In this document: one piece after another, positions 36,678 through 46,201 of the stretch
How the letters are laid out: each line of letters begins with the position of its first letter
Position numbering within the stretch: the stretch's first letter is position 1
Virus record (IMG/VR): IMGVR_UViG_3300010412_000012
Location: 1-62,709 of that record
DNA: 62,709 bases
Strand: one strand, 5' to 3'
DNA from: a virus
Taxonomy: Duplodnaviria; Caudoviricetes
The notes under the pieces: generated by a model
The model's database searches: none
What the model saw: only the letters and a program-made list of their open reading frames with translations
What the model was told of the DNA's origin: nothing
Translations under genes and position numbers: made by a program

Positions 36678-39092
36678 ATGACGACATACATTACAGTTGA
36701 CTATGACGGTCAATCAGGCGGCGAATTTGTCGAGGAAGGAGCGCTTGTCACGTGGACAGTGCCGAGTTCTTCGTCCGGTTTCATCGTCACTGACATCCCG
36801 AACGGTACGGCTGGCACGCTCAAGATGGCGCTTGTCAGCGGCGTTCTACCGTCTAACAACGCAACTCTGACTCAGGGCGGCGTAACTGCGCTCGCCAACA
36901 ACGAGTCCGGTGCCAAGATTGAGAATATGCTGTACCCGGCATACGCTCGTGAGGACATGGCTGTCGCCTCCTCTGGTGCGATCACGTGGACAGGCCCGGC
37001 ACTCGGTACCACCCACAGTTTCTTCTTCGACGGCCAGACGTCAAACGTCGTGGCTGGCGAGATTCTTACCTTCTCCGGCGGCCAGACCTGCGAAGTCATC
37101 ACGGTTGAGTCGGACGCTGGTGCCACTGGTGAGCTGTCAGTCCGGATCATCGGCGACATCGACATCAACGACCTCCCGGCAGACAACGAGACCTTCACTG
37201 GCGACATCGCTGGTGACGGTACAGTAAACGGTGCGTTCCACCCCCGAGGCTACACCCCGGAAGAACTGCACAGACTGCTCTCTGACCTCAACGACGACGA
37301 GACGATCTTCGGTGACGATGACCTCTCGATGGTTGACCCGACCGCGTCGGAACGTCAGACCGGCGTGCAGGTCAAACTGCTCGGCACCATCAATATCAAC
37401 GACACCGTCGCACAGCACATGTACGGCGGTTCTATCGAGCAGGGCAGCGGTACCACGCAGGAGGTCTACTCCGGCCTTGGCGTCAACGTAACGTCGCCTC
37501 TCACTACTACGATTCCGGTTCTGATCCAAGAAGACACGATCATCACCGAGTACTGGGATAATGCGTACTTCCCGAACTCCGTATCTGGTAAAGTACGTAT
37601 TCTCGTCAAGACCATTGAGAATGGCGTCAAGATCGACGGCCAGCGAGTGCGCGGTGCGCTGCTCGAGTTCGGTGAGACGTACTTCTTCGCCGGTACGACC
37701 ATCGGCTTTGGTGAGGTGTCCCTCGCCCTCGTATCCGCCGCAGACGGTAACAACAACACCGCTGTCGGCACGGTTGCAGGTGCGCCGTACAACACGATTG
37801 TACTGACTGAGGGCTACCACACCCTCGACTTCAACGAAGGCTCAGGTGCCACCCCGTTCGGGCTGGACATCGACTTCGGTTCGGCCAACAGCCTTCAGAC
37901 CTACGAGCGCACGAAGTACATCCAGCGGCGCGGTACCTCTGAGACCCTGTTCGGACGCAACGCCCAGCTGTTCACCGGCATCAACACCAACTTCGCTTAC
38001 AACAACGAGTCAGGTGCGATTGCCGAGGATGACATCCTTCAGTGGGGTACCGAGATTCCCTTCACGGGCGGTACCGGCACACTGGTAACAGTCGGTGAGG
38101 CAGTCCAAGGCACAACGTCTCTGGCACGTGGCCGGGTCATCTTCGTAGATAACGCGGCTGGCAGCGGCACCATCATCGTCGCCGACCCGACCGGCAGCTT
38201 CAACAACACTGAAGGTCTGACCACCCTGCGCGGCGCGTCTGAGTGGACGGCCACCTCCGGTACGGTTGTGAACAACACGGCTTCTGGTCAGATGCTTCTC
38301 GTCGCCAAGAACGATGCTGGTGCGACGGGTAACGTCTACGGCCAGCTGCTCACGGGTACGGTTCCGGCCAACGGTCAGACCTTGTTCGGTGCGACGGACG
38401 GCGACATTCTGGACGTCAACGGTGCAGTTAGCACTCGGACGGTTAACAGCCAGTTCGTCGGCTCCTACACCGGCTCGAACTACAACCCGCTGAACTTCGG
38501 TATCGCAATCTCGGTGGCTGACGCCATCGCTGGTGACTCGTTCACCAACCTGCTCGAAGCTACCATCGCACCGCCTGACAATCGCTCTGGCTCGGTTACG
38601 AACCTCTCGATTGGCGACTACGTCACGGTCTACCCGTGGGATGGTGTGGCTACCGACGTCAACGGCGATGCAGAGCCGGACTTCAACGAGATGGTGGCTA
38701 CGACCACGATCACGGGCGGCGTCAGCACCTCGGTGGTTGTCGGTGCGGCTAACATCCCTGCCAACACCCCGGCAGCCGGTTACATCCGCGTCGAGCGTGA
38801 CTCGGACGGTAACTACGACCTGCTCGAGTACAGCTCGTGGACAAACACGACTGGTACGTTCACTCTGGTCGGTACGGCTACGAACACCTGTACGACACCA
38901 TTCAACGTGTTCAGAGCACTGATCGACCAAGTAGCGACAGCGACGTCGCACTCCTACACAGCGACCTACACCACTCCGAACGATGTAGCGGTGACGGTGC
39001 GGCGTGGCGGTGTGACACCAATCAAAACCTTTAAGACGACGGCGCAGTTCGGAGCATTTAGCATCTCGACGATTAGAACGCCAGACTCGTAA
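36678..39092 (+). CDS. Large beta-rich virion structural/appendage protein
   Basis: 804 aa, Thr/Gly/Asn-rich and acidic, in the late operon. Confidence 0.65.
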   Translation: MTTYITVDYDGQSGGEFVEEGALVTWTVPSSSSGFIVTDIPNGTAGTLKMALVSGVLPSNNATLTQGGVTALANNESGAKIENMLYPAYAREDMAVASSGAITWTGPALGTTHSFFFDGQTSNVVAGEILTFSGGQTCEVITVESDAGATGELSVRIIGDIDINDLPADNETFTGDIAGDGTVNGAFHPRGYTPEELHRLLSDLNDDETIFGDDDLSMVDPTASERQTGVQVKLLGTININDTVAQHMYGGSIEQGSGTTQEVYSGLGVNVTSPLTTTIPVLIQEDTIITEYWDNAYFPNSVSGKVRILVKTIENGVKIDGQRVRGALLEFGETYFFAGTTIGFGEVSLALVSAADGNNNTAVGTVAGAPYNTIVLTEGYHTLDFNEGSGATPFGLDIDFGSANSLQTYERTKYIQRRGTSETLFGRNAQLFTGINTNFAYNNESGAIAEDDILQWGTEIPFTGGTGTLVTVGEAVQGTTSLARGRVIFVDNAAGSGTIIVADPTGSFNNTEGLTTLRGASEWTATSGTVVNNTASGQMLLVAKNDAGATGNVYGQLLTGTVPANGQTLFGATDGDILDVNGAVSTRTVNSQFVGSYTGSNYNPLNFGIAISVADAIAGDSFTNLLEATIAPPDNRSGSVTNLSIGDYVTVYPWDGVATDVNGDAEPDFNEMVATTTITGGVSTSVVVGAANIPANTPAAGYIRVERDSDGNYDLLEYSSWTNTTGTFTLVGTATNTCTTPFNVFRALIDQVATATSHSYTATYTTPNDVAVTVRRGGVTPIKTFKTTAQFGAFSISTIRTPDS

Positions 39093-39107
39093 GCATGAGG
39101 AGACGGA

Positions 39108-40781
39108 ATGGCTACTGTTTCCGTTTCATTTGACGGCTCGAGACTCAATGACTCGGACTCCAATACGAACTGGGGCAACTTCGTCGTCGGTGGCGGTGCT
39201 CCCGCTTCGGAGTTCCCCCTTGCGTATCAGGTAACGTCCGGTACGACTACTGGTGCTGTCAATAAGAAAATCACCTCCTCCACTGCCAGACAGGGCGTAG
39301 ACTACAACCACGGTACCGGGCAGGATATGACTGCTGCGGCCACAAAGCTGTGGTTCGCCAAGTGCTACGTCTCTGACTCGTTCGACCTGAACACTACGTG
39401 GGGCGTGGAACTAGCCATTGGATCAGGCGACACCGCCAACGACCACCGCTACAACGTCGCTGGCTCTGGTGCCAACCTGACGGCTTACAGCCAGTACCCG
39501 GCGCAGGGCGGCTACCTGATTACATCCATCGACCCCGAAATCACCGCATGGCGAGAGGCGGTCAACGGTACGCCCAACTGGGCCTCTGTCGTCTGGTTCG
39601 CTGTCGGCGCACAGTTCGTAAACGGTACGGCCAAGGCCGAGAACGTCGCACTGGACTCCATCGACATCGGTCGCGGGCTGGTACTGACTGGCGGTGACGG
39701 AGGTGATACGGACGGAACTTTCCTCAGTTTCGTCACCACAGATCAGGACATCAAGGCGAACCGCTGGGGTGTCGTAACCGGCTCCGGCAACAACGTGCGT
39801 TCGCACGGAATGCTCGCAATCGGTGAAAATACATCACAGACAGCGGTGGCTACCGGCTTCACTGACACGACCTCGGTTGTGGCTTTCCCTGATGGCTACC
39901 ACTCTCGCGGCACGGTAGGTGTCCGGATCAACCTCGGCTCCGCCTCCACTGCTGTCACCATCAACTCCCTACTCATCGGAGAGGGGACGCGGAACGGCGT
40001 AGACGCCAACGATACGCGGCCTGACTTCCTCGTTGTCGGTACAGCTGGATCGCTGGCAATCGGTGCTCAGATGCGTAACTTCCGCGATGTTACCCTGACT
40101 TCGGTTGTGGCCTGCGACGGCGCAGACATTGAGTGTCACCTGCTGACACAGGCCAGTGCAGACATCGAGAACTGCATCATCCGCACGAACGCACTGGCAA
40201 GTACGGCCTGCTTGCAAGACCCGACATTCGGCGTGTCCACCGACCTGAACAACACGGAGTTCCGTCAGACAGGCGCAGGCCACGCCATCGAACTCGACAC
40301 GGCTACCACGTACAACTTCCAAGACATCACGTTCACTGGCTACGGCGGTACCCCCGGCACGAACAGTACTCCCAATTCGGGAGCAACTGATGCCGCAATC
40401 GTCAACTCATCGGGCGGTGCAGTCACCATCAACGTCAACGGAGCGGGCAACCAGCCTAGCGTGCGGAACACAGCAGGCTCGACGACAACCGTCAACCAAA
40501 CCGTCACTGTGACGATCACCGTGGTGGATACGGCGGGTTCACCGATTCAGGATGCCAAGGTCTTCCTCGAGACGACCCCCGGCGGTGTGGACATCATCAC
40601 CTACGGAAACACGAACGCCAGCGGTCAGGTCTCTACCAGCTACGGAGGCAGCACCCCGCAGAACGTGGTAGGGTACGTGCGGAAGGGATCGGTTTCGCCG
40701 GTCTACAAAGCAAGCCCGATTACGGCCACCATCACCAGTAGCGGGCTGGCGCAGACAGTAACCCTAGTGGCGGATGAATAA
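39108..40781 (+). CDS. Virion structural protein, possible beta-helix plus C-terminal Ig-like domain
   Basis: GAGGAG SD; VTVTITVVDTAGSPIQDAKV..TNASGQ Ig/carboxypeptidase-regulatory-like pattern. Confidence 0.65.
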   Translation: MATVSVSFDGSRLNDSDSNTNWGNFVVGGGAPASEFPLAYQVTSGTTTGAVNKKITSSTARQGVDYNHGTGQDMTAAATKLWFAKCYVSDSFDLNTTWGVELAIGSGDTANDHRYNVAGSGANLTAYSQYPAQGGYLITSIDPEITAWREAVNGTPNWASVVWFAVGAQFVNGTAKAENVALDSIDIGRGLVLTGGDGGDTDGTFLSFVTTDQDIKANRWGVVTGSGNNVRSHGMLAIGENTSQTAVATGFTDTTSVVAFPDGYHSRGTVGVRINLGSASTAVTINSLLIGEGTRNGVDANDTRPDFLVVGTAGSLAIGAQMRNFRDVTLTSVVACDGADIECHLLTQASADIENCIIRTNALASTACLQDPTFGVSTDLNNTEFRQTGAGHAIELDTATTYNFQDITFTGYGGTPGTNSTPNSGATDAAIVNSSGGAVTINVNGAGNQPSVRNTAGSTTTVNQTVTVTITVVDTAGSPIQDAKVFLETTPGGVDIITYGNTNASGQVSTSYGGSTPQNVVGYVRKGSVSPVYKASPITATITSSGLAQTVTLVADE

Positions 40782-41374
40782 TGGCAGTCTCAGTGGATTG
40801 GATCACAGGAGTCATCACGGTACCCCGAGCCGATATGACCCTGATTCAAGCATCGCCAGAGGTGCGAGAGCTTGACACGACTGCGTTCTTCGACGAGCTG
40901 AAGGCTCTTGAGGCGTCGGCAGAGGGTATGCCTTGGCCGGACACCCAGCGCCACAACCTGAGTTATACCATTTCCGGTATAACCTACGCCGAGTCTCTCG
41001 AGATCATTCCGCCGTACACAGTGACGTTCGAGGACGCCCAGTACGCCGTATCTCTGAAGGGAACGAACAACAACATCATTGACCGGGCCAACACCAACCA
41101 AGTCCGTATTCTTGCCAACAACTCTGCTGGCCTGATCGACGTACCGATCACGCAGGCCGACAAAGATGCGATTGTGGCACAGGTGTTTGCACAGATCATG
41201 GAGGGGACGGAGACGTTCGCCCAACAGATCAAGCTCATCAGAGCCGAGGCTGCGGGTTCCATCACTGTGACTGGAACCGAGAACCGCATCAAGTCGGCAG
41301 ACGGCAACAAGGATCGCATTGTGGCGAATGCTGACGAAACCGGGCGAACTGTGACCTCCACGGACGGCACGTAA
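40781..41374 (+). CDS. Virion-associated hypothetical protein
   Basis: TAATG coupling at both ends; C-terminal ET....RI.A..D..G. Confidence 0.65.
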   Translation: MAVSVDWITGVITVPRADMTLIQASPEVRELDTTAFFDELKALEASAEGMPWPDTQRHNLSYTISGITYAESLEIIPPYTVTFEDAQYAVSLKGTNNNIIDRANTNQVRILANNSAGLIDVPITQADKDAIVAQVFAQIMEGTETFAQQIKLIRAEAAGSITVTGTENRIKSADGNKDRIVANADETGRTVTSTDGT

Positions 41375-41835
41375 TGTACGGCACAGGCTATTACGCGGTC
41401 AGCTACTATGGCCCATCCTACTATGTAGGTAGGACTGGCCTAGTTACTGGTATAGGTCTGTTCACCTATGAGACCCTGATTGCCGAGTCTCGTAGCCGCC
41501 TGAAAGACCGGGATGCGTCAAACTACCGATATTCTGACACCATGCTCATCTCGATCCTGAACCGTGGCCTCAACGACCTTAACAGGATCAGGCCGGATGC
41601 GTGGTATTCCTTCTATGGAATATACCCCAATGGGGTACCTGAGATCACTGACAACTTCATCACCCTGCCGGGGCAGGTGAACTGGGAGGCTGATTTCCAG
41701 CCAGACACCCGGTTCTACCCAGCTATGGTAGACTACGTATGCGGCTTCACAGACATGATGGAAGATGCCTACGTCGATGAAGGCCGCGCACAAGCGTTCC
41801 TATCTGAATTCAGAAAGAAGGTACTAATCACATGA
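41374..41835 (+). CDS. Second head-tail adaptor paralogue with a Tyr/Gly-rich N-terminus
   Basis: TYETLIAESRSRLKD...RYSDTMLISILNRGLNDLNRIRPD aligns by eye with 45168-45545. Confidence 0.7.
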   Translation: MYGTGYYAVSYYGPSYYVGRTGLVTGIGLFTYETLIAESRSRLKDRDASNYRYSDTMLISILNRGLNDLNRIRPDAWYSFYGIYPNGVPEITDNFITLPGQVNWEADFQPDTRFYPAMVDYVCGFTDMMEDAYVDEGRAQAFLSEFRKKVLIT

Positions 41836-42284
41836 ATAGACTCGTCGTATCCGTTCCCCATACGGGAACACGGTTCATCAAAGAACGAATGGGCTTGCCC
41901 CGCCATGTCCACACCATTTCCGCCTACCCGCATATAATTACCCAGATAGAGGAGCACGATAGAAAGCTCGTCATACCTATGCGGCATCCGCAGGATGTAC
42001 TGCGGTCGTGGGTGCAGCGAGACAAGCACAAGCAGCAGGACTGGATTGTCAGGTTTGCTATGGGCTGGGCGCTTTTGCAAGAACTGTCCCAAACATGCGA
42101 TTGCGATTTCGTCTATCTCGAGGAGCAGAACCACCCCGAAATCACTGACTGGACACCTGTAGGGAGCAAAGACAAGAAGTGGAATGACGGTGCGGAAGCT
42201 GAAAATATCTCCATTTTTTCGGTGTTTCGCCTGCCCATAGTGTCCGAGCACTACAGACCCAGACCCTTGAAAGATCAACCCTAA
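41832..42284 (+). CDS. Sulfotransferase-like protein
   Basis: SVPHTGTRF (5'-PSB loop) and MRHPQDVLRSW (3'-PB). Confidence 0.6.
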   Translation: MNRLVVSVPHTGTRFIKERMGLPRHVHTISAYPHIITQIEEHDRKLVIPMRHPQDVLRSWVQRDKHKQQDWIVRFAMGWALLQELSQTCDCDFVYLEEQNHPEITDWTPVGSKDKKWNDGAEAENISIFSVFRLPIVSEHYRPRPLKDQP

Positions 42285-42287
42285 CAC

Positions 42288-42316
42288 TTGTTCTATATTC
42301 TAGAATCAAGTACGAT
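42288..42316 (+). promoter_or_regulatory. Sigma70-like promoter for the capsid operon
   Basis: TTGTTC-17 nt-TACGAT in an AT-rich gap. Confidence 0.5.
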
Positions 42317-42353
42317 CGGCGTGAACTCTCTCACATAGCTATGGAGAATTAGG

Positions 42354-42587
42354 ATGAAAGGCAAACATTGGGGCAGCTTGACTGCTTCTGTAGAACCGGG
42401 ATACCGCACGAACGTGCATGGTTCCCACGGTGGCTCGCCGAGCGGCAAGTTCGTTGCTGTTAAGCGGTCCAAAGAATATGCGACGAACGTCGTGGGCAGT
42501 CATGGCGGCACCCCCAGCGGCAAGTTCCTCGGCCAGACGAAGGGTAAGATTCGGCACGGTTCGGACTTCCCGGCGAAGGCATCGTAA
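42354..42587 (+). CDS. Small basic protein with an internal duplication
   Basis: TNVHGSHGGSPSGKF / TNVVGSHGGTPSGKF. Confidence 0.65.
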   Translation: MKGKHWGSLTASVEPGYRTNVHGSHGGSPSGKFVAVKRSKEYATNVVGSHGGTPSGKFLGQTKGKIRHGSDFPAKAS

Positions 42588-42808
42588 TGGCGAAGGTCGT
42601 TAAATCGCTCAACCTGTCCTCGTTGGACGGGGTATATGACGTCGAAATCAACAAGGCAGCCCCCAGCGCACGACGTCAGCGGGACGCATCGAAGAATGGC
42701 TCGGCATCCGCCAAGGCCGACAGCCAGCAGTACGACGATGCACGCGCACGAGCGATTCACTACGGGTTTGACCCGAATGCGAAGCTGCCTATCGGCTTTT
42801 TCGAGTGA
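42587..42808 (+). CDS. Hypothetical protein
   Basis: TAATG coupling. Confidence 0.6.
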   Translation: MAKVVKSLNLSSLDGVYDVEINKAAPSARRQRDASKNGSASAKADSQQYDDARARAIHYGFDPNAKLPIGFFE

Positions 42809-43044
42809 ATCTGAAACTAGACAAACAAACAGCGCAGTCATTAACTAATCTCCGGGCAAGCCCCGACTTCAAGCAAGTACTAACTTGGCTCGAGGGACAC
42901 CGGAACAAGTTTTTCGAGGAGTGCTCCATTGCCGAAGGCCGTCCCCTGTATCGAGCGCAGGGGAAGGTCTTTGTCGTGAATGGCATCTTCGAGGCATTTG
43001 GTTCGGCCCCCGACGTAACGGAAAAATTCAAACAGGAGAGGTAA
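42805..43044 (+). CDS. Small pre-scaffold protein
   Basis: F..VL.WL...YRAQG pattern typical of the gene preceding podovirus scaffolds. Confidence 0.65.
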   Translation: MNLKLDKQTAQSLTNLRASPDFKQVLTWLEGHRNKFFEECSIAEGRPLYRAQGKVFVVNGIFEAFGSAPDVTEKFKQER

Positions 43045-43050
43045 TACGCC

Positions 43051-44091
43051 ATGAGTGCGCTACCAGAAGCAGTACGCAAGCAAGTTGAACAAGCCAACAA
43101 GATCGTCAAGGAAGTCTATGGCGAGGATGGCAAACTGAAAGCCGAGGCACTTGCCGCAGGGCAGGCTGCACCCGCCGAACCACAGTCTCCCCCGGAGCCG
43201 AAGCCAGAGGCCAAACCAGAGGCCAAACCAGAGGCCAAACCAGAGGCAAAGCCGGAGCCGGTTGACTGGGAGCACAAATTCAAGGTGCTTCAGGGTAAAT
43301 ACAATGCTGAAGTCCCCCGCCTTCAGAAGCAGCTCAACCAGAGTGAGGATGACCGCCGAGAGATGAAGCAGCGTATGCTGAACCTCGAAGGTATGGTCGC
43401 TTCCATACAGGCTGTGAAGGACAAGCCAGCGGAGAAGCCCAAGGCACCAACCATTTCCGACGCGGAACGCGAGCAGTTTGGTGATGATCTGATTGATCTG
43501 ATCCAGCGTGTATCGCTTAACGCTACACTGCCGGAAATCGAATCCCACCTGAAGCCGCTTGAAGGGCGTGTGAAACAGGTGGATGAAAAGGTTGCATCTA
43601 GTCAGAAGACTATGGCAGAATCCAAACGTCAACAGGTATTCGACCGCCTTGCGGCAGCTGTACCAGACTGGGAGACCCAGAACGAGGACGACAACTTCCT
43701 CGCATGGCTCGACCAACCTGAAGGGCTAACCGGAAGACCGAGAGCGTACTTTTTGACAGAAGCGATGAAGAACAACGATGCCGAAACGGTGATCGCGTAC
43801 TTCACGAGCTTTCAAGGCGAAAACGCTGCTGCTATACCAGCGGAACCTGCTCCGGAACCAACCCCGGAACCACAGGTCAAGTTGGACGAATTGACGGCCC
43901 CCGGAACGCCTCAAACCGGGACAGCAAGCGCTCCGAACGAAAGCGGTAAGCGGGTATGGTCCCGCGCAGACATAGCCCGGTTTTATCAGGATCGGAACGA
44001 GTTTGTAAAAAAGGGCAGACCGATTCCGAAAGAGATGCAGAAACTCGAAAGAGACATCTTTGCAGCTCAAGCCGAAGGCCGGGTTCGTTGA
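43051..44091 (+). CDS. Capsid scaffolding protein
   Basis: PEAK repeats; WEHKFKVLQGKYNAEVPRL coiled coil; C-terminal AQAEGRV; directly precedes the capsid gene. Confidence 0.8.
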   Translation: MSALPEAVRKQVEQANKIVKEVYGEDGKLKAEALAAGQAAPAEPQSPPEPKPEAKPEAKPEAKPEAKPEPVDWEHKFKVLQGKYNAEVPRLQKQLNQSEDDRREMKQRMLNLEGMVASIQAVKDKPAEKPKAPTISDAEREQFGDDLIDLIQRVSLNATLPEIESHLKPLEGRVKQVDEKVASSQKTMAESKRQQVFDRLAAAVPDWETQNEDDNFLAWLDQPEGLTGRPRAYFLTEAMKNNDAETVIAYFTSFQGENAAAIPAEPAPEPTPEPQVKLDELTAPGTPQTGTASAPNESGKRVWSRADIARFYQDRNEFVKKGRPIPKEMQKLERDIFAAQAEGRVR

Positions 44092-44117
44092 AACCGACTC
44101 TAAGGAGTGATTGAGAA

Positions 44118-45095
44118 ATGGCATATCCACTAGGCACACCGTGGTCAGGTGCAGCACCCACCACGCCGTATGCAGGCAACTTCATCCCTGAAGTATGGTC
44201 TGGCAAACTCGTAGAGAAGTTCTACGAAGCCACCGTACTCGGGGCCATCGCCAACACGGACTACGAAGGCGAGATCAAGAATCAGGGCGATACGGTAAAC
44301 ATCCGTACCCGTCCCGATGTTGCGATCGCTGACTACACGGCCAATATGGACCTCGTAGTTACTCGTCCGTCGAGCGCCAAAATCCAGCTGACCATCGACC
44401 AAGGCAAGTACTTCAACGTCGCACTTGACGACGTCATGGAGCTTCAGTCTGACATCGACATGCTGAGTATCTGGGCAGAAGACGCCGCAGAGCAGATGAA
44501 GATTAAGGTCGATCAGGATGTCCTCGGATACCTGACGACTGTAGCTGGCACGAACGGCTACGACGACATCGTCGCTGCTAACAAGGGCAACACCGCAGGT
44601 GCTATCTCTGGCGACATCCAGCTGGGCTTTAACACGCTTCAGACCAACGCAATTCTGGTGGACAACGGCGGCACGAACACCTCGCCGATTGACTACATCC
44701 TGCGTTGTGGTCAGGTACTTGACGAGCAGAACGTCCCCGAGTCGGGCCGCTTCATGGTCATCCCGGCATGGTTTGCCGCGCTGGTCAAGCAGTCTGACCT
44801 GAAGGACGCCTCTCTCGCAGGTGACGGCACCTCGATCCTGCGTAATGGCCGCCTCGGTATGATCGACAGGTTCACGCTGTACGTCAGCAACCTGCTGCTC
44901 GACACCGAGACGACTGGTGCGTTCCCGGTCCTGTTCGGTACGTCGTCTGGACTGACGTTCGCTGCACAGTTCACGAAGATGGAAACGATCCGCTCCGAGC
45001 GTTCGTTCTCCAACCTGCTCCGTGGCTTGCAGGTCTACGGCCGTAAGGTCGTGAAGGGCGAAGCCCTCGGCGTCGGCTTCATCCGCAAGTCTTAA
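44118..45095 (+). CDS. Major capsid protein (P22-coat-like)
   Basis: FIPEVWSGKL, NTDYEGEIK.QGDTV.I, LTIDQ.KYF, RGLQVYG.KVV; TAAGGAG SD. Confidence 0.9.
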   Translation: MAYPLGTPWSGAAPTTPYAGNFIPEVWSGKLVEKFYEATVLGAIANTDYEGEIKNQGDTVNIRTRPDVAIADYTANMDLVVTRPSSAKIQLTIDQGKYFNVALDDVMELQSDIDMLSIWAEDAAEQMKIKVDQDVLGYLTTVAGTNGYDDIVAANKGNTAGAISGDIQLGFNTLQTNAILVDNGGTNTSPIDYILRCGQVLDEQNVPESGRFMVIPAWFAALVKQSDLKDASLAGDGTSILRNGRLGMIDRFTLYVSNLLLDTETTGAFPVLFGTSSGLTFAAQFTKMETIRSERSFSNLLRGLQVYGRKVVKGEALGVGFIRKS

Positions 45096-45109
45096 TCGGA
45101 CGCTGATTT

Positions 45110-45146
45110 GGACCCCGGTCTCATCTTCATGGTGGGGCTGGGGTCC
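45110..45146 (+). terminator. Long hairpin after the capsid gene (terminator or mRNA stabiliser)
   Basis: 16-bp stem with 4 G-U pairs and TTCAT loop; weak U-tract. Confidence 0.55.
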
Positions 45147-45167
45147 TCCCCTTAACCGGAGGGTCCG

Positions 45168-45545
45168 ATGGCTAAGACTTACCAGACACTCGTTTACGAG
45201 GCTCGAGAGCTTCTTCAAGACACGGATACCGACCAAGAACGGTATGCCGACTCTACCCTCCTCAACATCCTGAATCGTGGCCTTCACGATCTGTCGAAGA
45301 TCAGGCCCGACCTCACGTACACCGTGTACGCGAACAACTCCCTCGAAGTCCCCGAGATCGTTGAGTCAGCCCCCGGCACCGGACAGGTGGCGTGGACAGA
45401 CACGTGGCCGTGGGAGATGTGGTTTTACAACAGGATGGTGGAATACGTTGTCGCTCTGGCGGAAGTCACCGATGACGAGTACACTGTGGACGGCAGAGCT
45501 GCACTTCTCCTACAGCAGTTCCGTAACGGAGCAATAGGACTGTAA
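45168..45545 (+). CDS. Head-tail adaptor-like protein (DUF6682-like)
   Basis: A..LLQD...RY.D..LL..LN.G.....RPD; position after the capsid gene. Confidence 0.7.
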   Translation: MAKTYQTLVYEARELLQDTDTDQERYADSTLLNILNRGLHDLSKIRPDLTYTVYANNSLEVPEIVESAPGTGQVAWTDTWPWEMWFYNRMVEYVVALAEVTDDEYTVDGRAALLLQQFRNGAIGL

Positions 45546-46198
45546 TGGCTACCGAGTACACAGAATCTCTGGATACCCTGCTTCAAGACACGATCCCTGA
45601 ACTACCGGGTGTAGTCCGGGCTGTTGCGGAGAGGGAACTCAGGCTGACCTTTCGAGAGTTTTTCGAGAGGTCTTTTGCGTGGAGGTCTGTCCTGACGGTT
45701 GACGCCCCTGCTGGCGACACCGCCATCTGGCTACAGGACGCGAACGACCTTGACGCCAACTCGGATGTCATTGGCATCCTACACATCAACTTCAATGGTA
45801 CGCCGCTGAACAAGCTGGCGGCGAAACCTGACAGGGGAGAGGATCAGGCCAACGACCTGCCGGGCGGGTACTGGATGACCTCCAACCCCGACGAGTTCAA
45901 GCTCTATCCCCAGCTGGCAAATGCACAGGCTGGCGCTCTTGAAATCCACGTGGCTCTGATGCCGAAGCTGGACGCTACTACGTTCCCGCGTCAGATCACC
46001 ATGAAGTACTACGATGCACTACGTGAAGGCTTCCTTGCCCGCATGTATGGGCATCCGAACAAACCCTATTCGGCTCCCATCGTTGCCCAACAGATGCGGC
46101 ACAACTTCAGACGCCGTATCGGGTACTACAATGCACAGGCCAAGCAGGGCTATAATGACGCTCAAGCATGGTCGTACCCGGTGGGGTGGAGGAAGTAA
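45545..46198 (+). CDS. Tail adaptor/tubular protein
   Basis: F.ERS.AWR; G.LARM...PNKPYS; position. Confidence 0.7.
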   Translation: MATEYTESLDTLLQDTIPELPGVVRAVAERELRLTFREFFERSFAWRSVLTVDAPAGDTAIWLQDANDLDANSDVIGILHINFNGTPLNKLAAKPDRGEDQANDLPGGYWMTSNPDEFKLYPQLANAQAGALEIHVALMPKLDATTFPRQITMKYYDALREGFLARMYGHPNKPYSAPIVAQQMRHNFRRRIGYYNAQAKQGYNDAQAWSYPVGWRK

Positions 46199-46201
46199 GA
46201 C

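Noticed and set aside
43204-43250. 12-bp tandem repeat CCAGAGGCCAAA
   Set aside because: Encodes the PEAK linker of the scaffold; ordinary low-complexity coding repeat.
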